Below are positions 29,040-38,136 of a stretch of DNA of 38,136 nt, in pieces. This stretch comes from Candidatus Poribacteria bacterium (GTDB taxonomy: Bacteria > Poribacteria > WGA-4E > UBA9662). Each line of letters starts with the position of its first letter. Position 1 is the first letter of the stretch. Below the pieces are notes generated by a model. The model saw only the letters and a list, made by a program, of their open reading frames with translations, did not search any database and had not been told where the DNA came from. A program made the translations under genes and the position numbers. The stretch covers positions 1-38,136 of the forward strand of contig JAYGDX010000118.1 in assembly GCA_046582655.1 (NCBI GenBank). Direction: 5' to 3'.

Positions 29040-30083
29040 TCAACTGTTTCGAAGAAAGATTGGGTTAGAGAAAATCCATGGCCGTCCCTCAAGGTAAACT
29101 TCAACTCGGTACACGCCGGACTCATTAATGGAGATGTGTAATTTTTTGGCGTCGATATTTTGTATGATTTGGCCGTTTCGAAGTAACCGAATCTCAGCAT
29201 GATATGGAACAAACACAGAGAGTTTAGCCATTTGATTGAATGTGGTTTCCTGACCCATAACCAGATCATTTACCCCCCCTATATTACCTGAGAATAGGAA
29301 TCCGGTGGAATCGGCAATTATATCGTGTGCGATAAAGCAATTTCCCGCTTTAAGGGCAGCATAAATTTCCTGTTTGTCTTCATGAAGACTCGATTTGGAT
29401 AACGGTTTGTTCAGTAAAACATGCGTTCGAATTGTACAGTAAAGATATTCATAGGGTAGGAATTTAATGAACCGAAAGAAGGGAAACGAAAGTGCATGAG
29501 CGTCTGTCGAACCAATGCCAACAATATGTCGATTTTGAGCTATTTCGTCCCATTTTTGCAGGGCTTCACTTGGCGGGCCTTTAATCGCCCTTTCAGGAAA
29601 AACTTGATAATATATAAAGGTGAAAAAATTTACATTGTTAACCCAATCTACCATATAGGACCATATTTCAATTCCACAGTATCGCTCAACCTGCCAATCT
29701 GTCCAAAGGTGCCCCTTTCGCACCAGAAGAGGTGGCTTCTTAGCTCCGTAAGGATGGGCAATGAAGCCAAAACCACCCAATTCGTTTACCTCATCAATTA
29801 AATTTTGATAATCGGTTCTTTCTTTACCTTGAATTTCCTTCTCGAGGTTAAAGGCAAGGTAATGGCATCCTGATTTGGGAGAGATCTCCTGACCAACCAG
29901 CAATAACAGATTATCATGCCATCCTTCATATCCATCAAACAGGGGAGCTAGTGTATCGTGATCGGTGAGTATGACAAAATCGAGTTTTGCCAAAGTAGCC
30001 TTGTTGACAATTTCTTCGAGAGACCCACTTCCATCCGAGTAACGCGAATGACAATGTATGGAGCCTTCATATTCGTAAAACAT
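29040..30083 (-). CDS. PHP-domain metallohydrolase (CehA/McbA-like)
   Basis: HCHS.YSDG, TDHD, AHP, GSTDAH; C-terminal WIFSNPI. Confidence 0.88.
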   Translation of the reverse strand: MFYEYEGSIHCHSRYSDGSGSLEEIVNKATLAKLDFVILTDHDTLAPLFDGYEGWHDNLLLLVGQEISPKSGCHYLAFNLEKEIQGKERTDYQNLIDEVNELGGFGFIAHPYGAKKPPLLVRKGHLWTDWQVERYCGIEIWSYMVDWVNNVNFFTFIYYQVFPERAIKGPPSEALQKWDEIAQNRHIVGIGSTDAHALSFPFFRFIKFLPYEYLYCTIRTHVLLNKPLSKSSLHEDKQEIYAALKAGNCFIAHDIIADSTGFLFSGNIGGVNDLVMGQETTFNQMAKLSVFVPYHAEIRLLRNGQIIQNIDAKKLHISINESGVYRVEVYLEGRPWIFSNPIFLRNS

Positions 30084-30095
30084 CTTCAATCAAGG

Positions 30096-31001
30096 TTAGA
30101 ATCGCACGATCTCTTCCAGTTGACGGAAACGTTCGTCAATTTCCTCGGGAGTAAGTGTCTGCTGGCGATCGAGGCTGAAGTCTTCAACATTAAAAGAGGC
30201 AATTACTGTTCCATTAATAATCGACCGACGAACACTTTGTTCAGAAACGTTGTCAGCGGTAGCGAGTGACCCCATAAATCCACCAGCAAAGCTGTCGCCT
30301 GCACCAGTTGGATCAAAAACGGCAGTTAAAGGATAGGCCGGAGCAGAGAAAAAAGTCGATTCAGTGAGAGAAATTGCACCGTGCTCACCCTTTTTAATGA
30401 TTACGCGAGTTGGACCAAAGGTCAGAATCTGTTTTCCTGCTTGGGTCAGGTTGTTTTCCCCTGTTAATTGGCGGGCCTCAGCATCATTCAAGATTAGAAT
30501 ATCTACTTTCCTAAGCGTTTCTAATAGAACTGGGAGGGAAATACCAATCCACAGATTCATGGTATCACATACTACCAGTTTCGGATTCGTGATTTGCTTG
30601 AGCACATTCATCTGTAGTTCCGGATTAATGTTAGCCAAGAAAACATATGATGAATTCTTGTAGGATTCGGGAAGTTTGGGCTGAAAATCGCTGAAGACGT
30701 TTAAATCTGTAAAATGGGTTTCAGCTGCATTCAAGTCATCTATGTAACTGCCGCCCCACCGAAAAGTCTTTCCACCTTCAATCTGTTCCAGTCCATCAAG
30801 ATCAATACCTCGGGATATCAGGAAGTCGACATGTTGCTGGGGGAAATCGGTTCCAACAACACCAACCAAACAGATGTCATGATAAAAAAAACTTGCGGCT
30901 ATTGAAAAATAAGTTGCCGATCCTCCAAGTACATTTTCGACTTTACCAAATGGTGTTTCAACACTATCTAACGCGACTGATCCAACGACCAAAATGCTCA
31001 T
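30096..31001 (-). CDS. PfkB family kinase (probable nucleoside/adenosine kinase)
   Basis: VVGSVALD, LGGSATY, KKGEHG, DPTGAGDSFAGG. Confidence 0.9.
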   Translation of the reverse strand: MSILVVGSVALDSVETPFGKVENVLGGSATYFSIAASFFYHDICLVGVVGTDFPQQHVDFLISRGIDLDGLEQIEGGKTFRWGGSYIDDLNAAETHFTDLNVFSDFQPKLPESYKNSSYVFLANINPELQMNVLKQITNPKLVVCDTMNLWIGISLPVLLETLRKVDILILNDAEARQLTGENNLTQAGKQILTFGPTRVIIKKGEHGAISLTESTFFSAPAYPLTAVFDPTGAGDSFAGGFMGSLATADNVSEQSVRRSIINGTVIASFNVEDFSLDRQQTLTPEEIDERFRQLEEIVRF

Positions 31002-31011
31002 GAGATATTTT

Positions 31012-31245
31012 TCAGCGTCTCCTGTTTTCGTGAAATGCCGTTGACATTCGGCCAATTCTCCGGACAAAAACAATTAGTAAAACGAGTATAATCGCGACTA
31101 ACAGGATTTTATAAGGTTTCACCCAAACCATTTTGAAATCTACTTTTTTGATTCTAGACAGATAGATCGTTGGCCAAAGCGAGATGATGGAAAGAATAAT
31201 AGCAATATTTTCCCAGGTTTCTGGTTTCTTGAAGCGGTTCAACAT
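31012..31245 (-). CDS. Small two-TM membrane protein
   Basis: 77 aa with two hydrophobic helices; lies between ahcY and pfkB. Confidence 0.7.
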   Translation of the reverse strand: MLNRFKKPETWENIAIILSIISLWPTIYLSRIKKVDFKMVWVKPYKILLVAIILVLLIVFVRRIGRMSTAFHENRRR

Positions 31246-31260
31246 TGGATTCTACCAAAT

Positions 31261-31294
31261 AAAAAAATAAGATTGCAGATTTATCAAGCAATCT
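31261..31294 (-). terminator. Possible intrinsic terminator after ahcY
   Basis: AGATTGC-N11-GCAATCT stem followed by TATTTTTTT on the minus strand; weak stem. Confidence 0.4.
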
Positions 31295-31333
31295 AACAAC
31301 CTTAATCTATGTATTGTGTATTGTAAAATGTTT

Positions 31334-32608
<1,275 letters not shown>

Positions 32609-32623
32609 CTACATATTTTACAA

Positions 32624-33763
32624 TTATACTTCTGACTTCAGTTTTTCTGCGTAGTCTGTTAGTTCCCAGGTAAATCCATCTTCCTCGCGACCAAAATGAC
32701 CGTAGGCGGAAGTATTCTGGTAAATTGGCTTACGAAGATTAAGACGTTCAATGATTCCGATAGGTGTTAGATCAAAGTGCTGATTGACCAGTTCGGTAAG
32801 CCTTTGATCCGGAATGGAACTGGTACCAAAAGTCTCAACCATAATTGATGTTGGTTCAACAACACCAATCGCATAAGAAATTTGCACCTCACACCGTTCC
32901 GCAAGCCCAGCAGCAACAATGTTTTTGGCTACATGTCGAGCTGCATAGGCAGCACTGCGATCGACTTTTGTTGGATCTTTCCCGGAGAACGCACCGCCCC
33001 CGTGCCTACCCATACCACCGTAAGTGTCAGCAATGATCTTTCTTCCAGTCAGTCCTGTATCACCTTGTGGACCGCCGATAACGAACCTCCCGGTCGGATT
33101 GATATGGTAGGTTATGTCTGGATGTCTTAAATCGTTAGGGATGATAGGTTTAATAACTTCCTCGATTATGGCTTCTCGGAGATCTGATTCTTCGATGTCG
33201 GGATCATGCTGAGCCGAGATGACAACCGTATTAACGTTGGCTGGTTTGCCGTCATAATACTCGACTGTAACTTGAGATTTACCGTCCGGTCGTAAAAAAT
33301 TCAGAAGATTTTCCTTACGTGCGGTAGCAAGCCGACGCGTCAATTTATGAGCTATTATAATCGGCATAGGCATCAATTCCGCAGTTTCGTTGCAGGCATA
33401 GCCAAACACCATTCCCTGATCCCCAGCCCCAAGTCGGTCGACACCCATTGCAATATCAGGCGATTGCTTATCAATTGATGTTAGCACGGCAGAATGCTCG
33501 TAATCGAAGCCGTATTCCGCTTTGGTGTAACCGATTTCACGAACAACTCGCCGAACAATCTCGGGAATATTGATGGTTGAGCTTGTTGTGATTTCACCGG
33601 AGATTAACGCCAATCCAGTTGTGACTAATGCTTCACAGGCTACACGGGCGTTTGGGTCTCCCGAAATCGCTGTATCCAAGACTGAGTCGGAGATTAAATC
33701 TGCCATTTTGTCAGGATGACCTTCGGTGATTGATTCCGATGTAAATAAAAATTTCCTGCTCAA
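32624..33763 (-). CDS. metK: S-adenosylmethionine synthetase
   Basis: [30 protein letters not shown] start. Confidence 0.98.
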   Translation of the reverse strand: MSRKFLFTSESITEGHPDKMADLISDSVLDTAISGDPNARVACEALVTTGLALISGEITTSSTINIPEIVRRVVREIGYTKAEYGFDYEHSAVLTSIDKQSPDIAMGVDRLGAGDQGMVFGYACNETAELMPMPIIIAHKLTRRLATARKENLLNFLRPDGKSQVTVEYYDGKPANVNTVVISAQHDPDIEESDLREAIIEEVIKPIIPNDLRHPDITYHINPTGRFVIGGPQGDTGLTGRKIIADTYGGMGRHGGGAFSGKDPTKVDRSAAYAARHVAKNIVAAGLAERCEVQISYAIGVVEPTSIMVETFGTSSIPDQRLTELVNQHFDLTPIGIIERLNLRKPIYQNTSAYGHFGREEDGFTWELTDYAEKLKSEV

Positions 33764-33818
33764 TTAACCTTCCCTTAAAAACTAAATAAACGATAACTCC
33801 CTGCCCTGTTCATCTATA

Positions 33819-34057
33819 TAGGACTTACGCAGGTCTGCAAATTGGATAGAATATAGCCTATGACAATAGAGAAAGGTACTTGTGTCTATGTCCCACAGCG
33901 AGATGGCAAAACCAAGATCCATCATCTGCTCCAAATGTTGAAAAATGTAGTCTGGGCTAAAACATTTCCCTTCTCGACAGTCTTGGTTGACAGTTGGTAT
34001 GCTTCCAGACAGGTGATGCGATGCATTGAGCCGTTGGACAAAAATTTCTTTGGCTAG
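33819..34057 (+). mobile_element. IS701-family remnant: one terminal IR plus an internally deleted, truncated transposase fragment
   Basis: TAGGACTTACGCA end at 33819. ORF 33860-34057 reads DGKTKIHHLLQML...PFSTVLVDSWYAS, resembling the second-Asp region of IS701 transposases. No right IR found. Confidence 0.75.
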
Positions 34058-36061
34058 CTACTCTTCTTCAGACCGAAAATCGAGGACATTTCTCAAGGCC
34101 GCTCCAAAAGATGTTGTTTCTTCTTTCTCTTCCTTTTTTTTCTCTGGTTCCTTGAGTGAACGTGTAACTACTTCCTCTTCCTTTTTAGGTTTGGGTTCGT
34201 ATTGCTCAACCATTTCGCGCTCTCGATCGGCAACAGCTTGCTTCAAACTGAGTCCAATTCTTTGATCATCCATCTTTAATTCAATAACTTTCAAGTCTAG
34301 GATGTCACCTTTAGACACAACGTTGTCAGGTTTATCGATACGTTCCTCGGACAATTCAGATATGTGAATGAGTCCCTCGATACCCTCTTCAAGCCGGGCA
34401 AAAGCACCAAATTCAGTCAAATTAACAATTTCACCGCTAACTATCGATCCTACCGCATACTTTGTTGAAACAAGATTCCATGGGTTTGGTTCCACATGTT
34501 TTATGCTAAGTGATATACGTTGTTCTTGCGGGTCAATTCTTTGTACAACTGCTTCAACTTCCTGACCTTCATTCAAAACACTGCGTGGGTTTACATTTCG
34601 CTTCAGCCACGAAAAATCAGAAGAATGCACCAGCCCATCTATTCCTTCTTCTATCTCAATGAATGCACCGAAATTTGTCACATTTTTGACTATTCCAGTG
34701 ACCTTAGTTCCAAATGGATATTTTATGTCAAGCAATTCCCATGGATTAGGAACTAGTTGTTTGTAGCTCAACGAAATTCGTTTCTTTTCTGTATTGATGT
34801 CGATCACTCGAGCTTCAAGCTCTTGATCTTTTGTGACAATTTTTGATGGGGCCACATTGCGTTGTGTCCAAGACATCTCGGAAATATGGATTAGCCCCTC
34901 CACCCCTTCTTCCAACTCAACAAAGACTCCATAACTTACGATGTTAACAACTTGACCTTTAATGGTTGAACCAATAGGATACTTTTCAAATATGGATCCC
35001 CATGGATCAGTGGTTTTTTGCTTTAATCCTAGAGATATCCGCTCCTTTTCAATATCGACACTGATGATGAAAGCCTCAATCTCTTCATCTATAGAGACAA
35101 CTTCAGTCGGGTTGTGAATTTTCCGCCACGACATGTCACTTTTATGTAGGAGACCATCAATTCCGTTAAGGTCTACAAACGCACCAAATTCAGTGATATT
35201 CTTCACTTTCCCTTTGATAAGCTGCCCTTCTTCGATGTTACTAAGGAGTTCAGCCTTTTTGGCACTTAATTCTTCTTCCAGAAGCGACCGCCGTGATACA
35301 ACAATATTGCGTTTCCGCTTGTCTAATTTGACAATTCTCATCGGGTAGGTTTTATTAATGTAATCGTCCCAGTTCCGAATTGGGTGCAATTCAATCTGAG
35401 AGGCAGGCAGAAAAGCCCGAAGGTCCCCAACGTCAACACGCATTCCCCCCTTGATACGTTCAGTAATTGTACCTTCTACCGCTTCTCCTGATTGCTCAGC
35501 ATGAGTCAAGGAGTCCCATAATTTCTGCTCTTCTGCGTATTGTTTCGATAAGACAAGTTGACCATCAGCATCTTCATGACGAACAATGTATACTTCTACT
35601 TGATCTCCAACACTGACACCAGGATTTCCGCTGTCGTCGGTTTTAAACTCAGATATGGAAACATATCCTTCAGACTTGAATCCGATATCAATCATAACTT
35701 CATCGGATGTCACGTTTACAACATGGCCTTCTACAATTTCACCTTCAGCGAATGCCTTTAGAGAATCGTCATAAAGTGCATCCATGTCAGGCATAGATTC
35801 GTCGTCAAAGTTTGAAGTATCTGACTCTTCACCTTCAGTTATTTGTTCAGTTTCTTCAGACTCCTGTTGCGGTTCTTCTCCTTTCGCTTGATTGTCTTCA
35901 ACCGATTCACGGGGAAAGGAGCTTTCATCATCGCCTTCTTCAGACGTTACCAATTCAGCAATAGTTCCACTTTCTTCGATAACTAATTCATCGACATGAG
36001 CTTGTTGTTCTTCAACCACAGGCTCTTCTGGAATTTGTTCGTTCTTTGACGACTTGTCCAT
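34058..36061 (-). CDS. rpsA: 30S ribosomal protein S1 with a long acidic N-terminal extension
   Basis: Six S1 domains (DIGFKSEG, AFLPASQI, four FGAFV..GIDGL.H.S repeats). Confidence 0.96.
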   Translation of the reverse strand: MDKSSKNEQIPEEPVVEEQQAHVDELVIEESGTIAELVTSEEGDDESSFPRESVEDNQAKGEEPQQESEETEQITEGEESDTSNFDDESMPDMDALYDDSLKAFAEGEIVEGHVVNVTSDEVMIDIGFKSEGYVSISEFKTDDSGNPGVSVGDQVEVYIVRHEDADGQLVLSKQYAEEQKLWDSLTHAEQSGEAVEGTITERIKGGMRVDVGDLRAFLPASQIELHPIRNWDDYINKTYPMRIVKLDKRKRNIVVSRRSLLEEELSAKKAELLSNIEEGQLIKGKVKNITEFGAFVDLNGIDGLLHKSDMSWRKIHNPTEVVSIDEEIEAFIISVDIEKERISLGLKQKTTDPWGSIFEKYPIGSTIKGQVVNIVSYGVFVELEEGVEGLIHISEMSWTQRNVAPSKIVTKDQELEARVIDINTEKKRISLSYKQLVPNPWELLDIKYPFGTKVTGIVKNVTNFGAFIEIEEGIDGLVHSSDFSWLKRNVNPRSVLNEGQEVEAVVQRIDPQEQRISLSIKHVEPNPWNLVSTKYAVGSIVSGEIVNLTEFGAFARLEEGIEGLIHISELSEERIDKPDNVVSKGDILDLKVIELKMDDQRIGLSLKQAVADREREMVEQYEPKPKKEEEVVTRSLKEPEKKKEEKEETTSFGAALRNVLDFRSEEE

Positions 36062-36133
36062 CAAGTTATCTAGTTAGCATTTAAGAGATCACCCAATCAT
36101 TAAAGGCAAGATGCGACTAACTAGTTCCTCCTT
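36062..36133 (-). promoter_or_regulatory. rpsA translation-initiation region: distant SD plus hairpin
   Basis: AAGGAGG at 36127-36133; perfect 8-bp stem CTAGTTAG/CTAACTAG (36117-36124 with 36070-36077); then ATAAC-TTG-ATG. Confidence 0.6.
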
Positions 36134-36206
36134 CAAATGTGTGTTAAGCTACAGCCAGTTTGTGTCAACCTAGGATAATATACTGAGACCCAAAATCAGA
36201 ACATTT

Positions 36207-36235
36207 AGTATATCATAAACCTTATATTAACGCAA
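36207..36235 (-). promoter_or_regulatory. Putative sigma70 promoter of rpsA
   Basis: TTGCGT-N17-TATACT with extended TG. Confidence 0.6.
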
Positions 36236-36537
36236 CTTCAACACAAACTTCCTTTTCTTTAAGCCGAGAATCTGAAACCCAATAACAGTCAGAGTTGCCT
36301 CACTAACTTTCAGACCCCTCAGAAACCTCTCAAGATGCTCCATATGACGATGAGATCAAACTAAATAGAAGAATCAGACTACACTTCAATCAGTGTGAGA
36401 TCGGCCTAATCGATGATTACACCCTCAACAGAGAACAGCCTATAGACGTGTTTAAGGTCTGTATACAATTGCGTACCGAAATTCTTGACACTCCCAATCT
36501 GGTATATCAAACACCATCAAGAGGAGAGTAGATTAAT

Positions 36538-36951
36538 ATGTCTATGGCTCAAGTCACTCACAATCCTGCTATGGCTGACAGTTCTCCCGTTCAGCAGGAA
36601 TCTGCCCAACAGCTCAAAGGTCTCCGCACTTATACTCAACCTCTCCTTGATACTGGTAAACATGCTATTTTACAGGACATACTTGATCATGTTACGATGA
36701 GGAACCTGAAGCAGGTTCAGAATATTGGAAATCAGATGGTCACCAATTATTGTGTGTCAGATCCTTGGTTTCAAACCCTAAGCTCTAGAGATAAAGTGAG
36801 GTATGAAACTGATTATCAAGCACAAGGTTGTTTGCCAAGTTATGATGTTGGTTGTCTTCTTATCCTCGTAGTCAAATCAATCAAGCTTGAGTTGCCTTTG
36901 TATTGGAGAGAGATGGGAACTTTAATATCTACGTCATATCATAGATGCTGA
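36538..36951 (+). CDS. Hypothetical protein, possibly a remnant
   Basis: GAGGAG upstream of ATG 36538; no recognisable motif; C-terminal half looks poorly coding. Confidence 0.35.
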   Translation: MSMAQVTHNPAMADSSPVQQESAQQLKGLRTYTQPLLDTGKHAILQDILDHVTMRNLKQVQNIGNQMVTNYCVSDPWFQTLSSRDKVRYETDYQAQGCLPSYDVGCLLILVVKSIKLELPLYWREMGTLISTSYHRC

Positions 36952-37213
36952 TGGCAACAATCTCACGAACGATTTTTAATCTGACTGGTTTAATTCCGCA
37001 GGACATCCTGTTTCACCTGCTAGCAATCTCATGGCTATATGAGGACAGATCAAGCGCAATATTGATTAAATATGCGGCCTCACCTCCTTCGGACTTTTGC
37101 CTACTTAGTCAGGAAAACCTAAGCGGGATAAGACAAACACAGTTATTATTTTAATCAATATAAAAGTAGACACTGATTACCAGATTAAGAGTAACAAAGC
37201 TACTCGAATATCA

Positions 37214-37459
37214 TCATTTCCTTTTCTTATGGATTTCATGGCAGCTGCTACAAGATTTTGTTACTTGGGAAAAAGCCCTTTTCGCCGCCTCGATATTCTT
37301 AGATTTAATAGCTTTCAAAAGTTCTGCACTTCCGATTCGTAAAGTTTCTGAGGCCGCAGTCGCCCAGACTCCGTCAGGACAACGACCATCGGCCATCAGC
37401 ACATAACTGCTCTCGCTTAGAATAGCAGCGTTCACTGCTAATTTTCTGACACTGTTCAT
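37214..37459 (-). pseudogene. C-terminal fragment of a class II (four-helix, c'-like) cytochrome c, truncated by an IS
   Basis: C-terminal CSSCH heme motif and helical pattern; no signal peptide; directly abuts the transposase. Confidence 0.75.
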
Positions 37460-38136
37460 TGATCATTCCTTCTATGCTGCTATTTTCAGGGGCGCTTCTT
37501 CGCTTTCAGCATAATGGAGTTGACATGTTCTCCCATGTTTTTCAAAAAGTGGATGCTTTAACATCCGTGCATAAAGATTGAGTTCTAGCGCCTTTTGAAT
37601 CATGTGCTGCGTTCTTCGTTTGTATCGAGTTTTCTGAAGCATTCTGAAGGATCGATTGTTTCTCTCTACATGATTATTGGTACAATCGACATTTTCAAAG
37701 GCCAAGAAAGCGATCATTTTCTCAAACTTTTCTTTTTTCAGTTTTTTCCAGGCCCGTTGCAAAAACGAGTTATTCTGATAATCGAGATGATTGAGCATTC
37801 GGCTTCTGCGGTTGCGGGCGGCGTGTGGAGAAATATCTTTTTGAAAAAGGCCATAGAACTGCCGATTAAATTTCCGAAACACCTCCAGTTCTGGAGCCAT
37901 TTCCAATAGAGAGTCTAAGTCTTCGATTTCCTGCTCACTCCTGTCTTCTTGCTTGCGAACGATCAGATACTGATGCTTCCAAATGAAGGCCGCTTGCTCT
38001 TTCTGGTTCATTTGTTTCCGAGTGGTTCTGTGTTTTTGAATCCTCTCAGTTGATCGACCTCGACGTTTTTTACGTCCCTTCTTTCCTTGGCGTTTGATGC
38101 GATTTTTAACCGCTCGGACTCCATCAAGGATCAATT
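37448..38136 (-). mobile_element. Insertion sequence, 3' part of an ISL3-like DDE transposase (CDS ends 37472; runs off the window)
   Basis: TNNHVERNNRSFR..K..Y catalytic-Glu region and basic K/R tract. The putative IS end near 37448 is inferred. Confidence 0.75.

Noticed and set aside
33764..33860. SAM or SAH riboswitch upstream of metK
   Set aside because: No recognisable aptamer core; the space is occupied by an IS end.

Overview
Bacterial chromosomal window, moderately AT-rich, most likely Candidatus Poribacteria. This taxon call is an inference from a PhyH dioxygenase, a Gfo/Idh/MocA oxidoreductase, a DUF6785-type membrane protein and a decayed LamG-like gene ending in an AVxP..L.TWG.IK tail. 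The first ~13.7 kb is an accessory, carbohydrate/redox-oriented region: oligogalacturonate-lyase-like protein, oxidoreductase, TPR, tenA, PhyH, GH32, msrA, rhodanese and a membrane protein. It is littered with pseudogenes (ceramidase-like, LamG, GHKL ATPase, GH16). The rest is mostly housekeeping: Ldh-2/thrC; parA-cca-M50-trpS-scpA-scpB; glmM-like-yvcK; purE; metK-ahcY-pfkB-PHP; rpsA. An IS701 remnant lies between rpsA and metK, and an ISL3-like transposase truncates a cytochrome c at the right edge. No tRNA, rRNA, CRISPR array or intact defence system was found. The best novel candidates are an rpsA leader whose Shine-Dalgarno is ~65 nt from the start codon and bridged by a hairpin, a possibly structured RNA upstream of the CCA enzyme, a four-repeat beta-domain exported protein behind glmM-yvcK, and a GH32 lacking its nucleophile.
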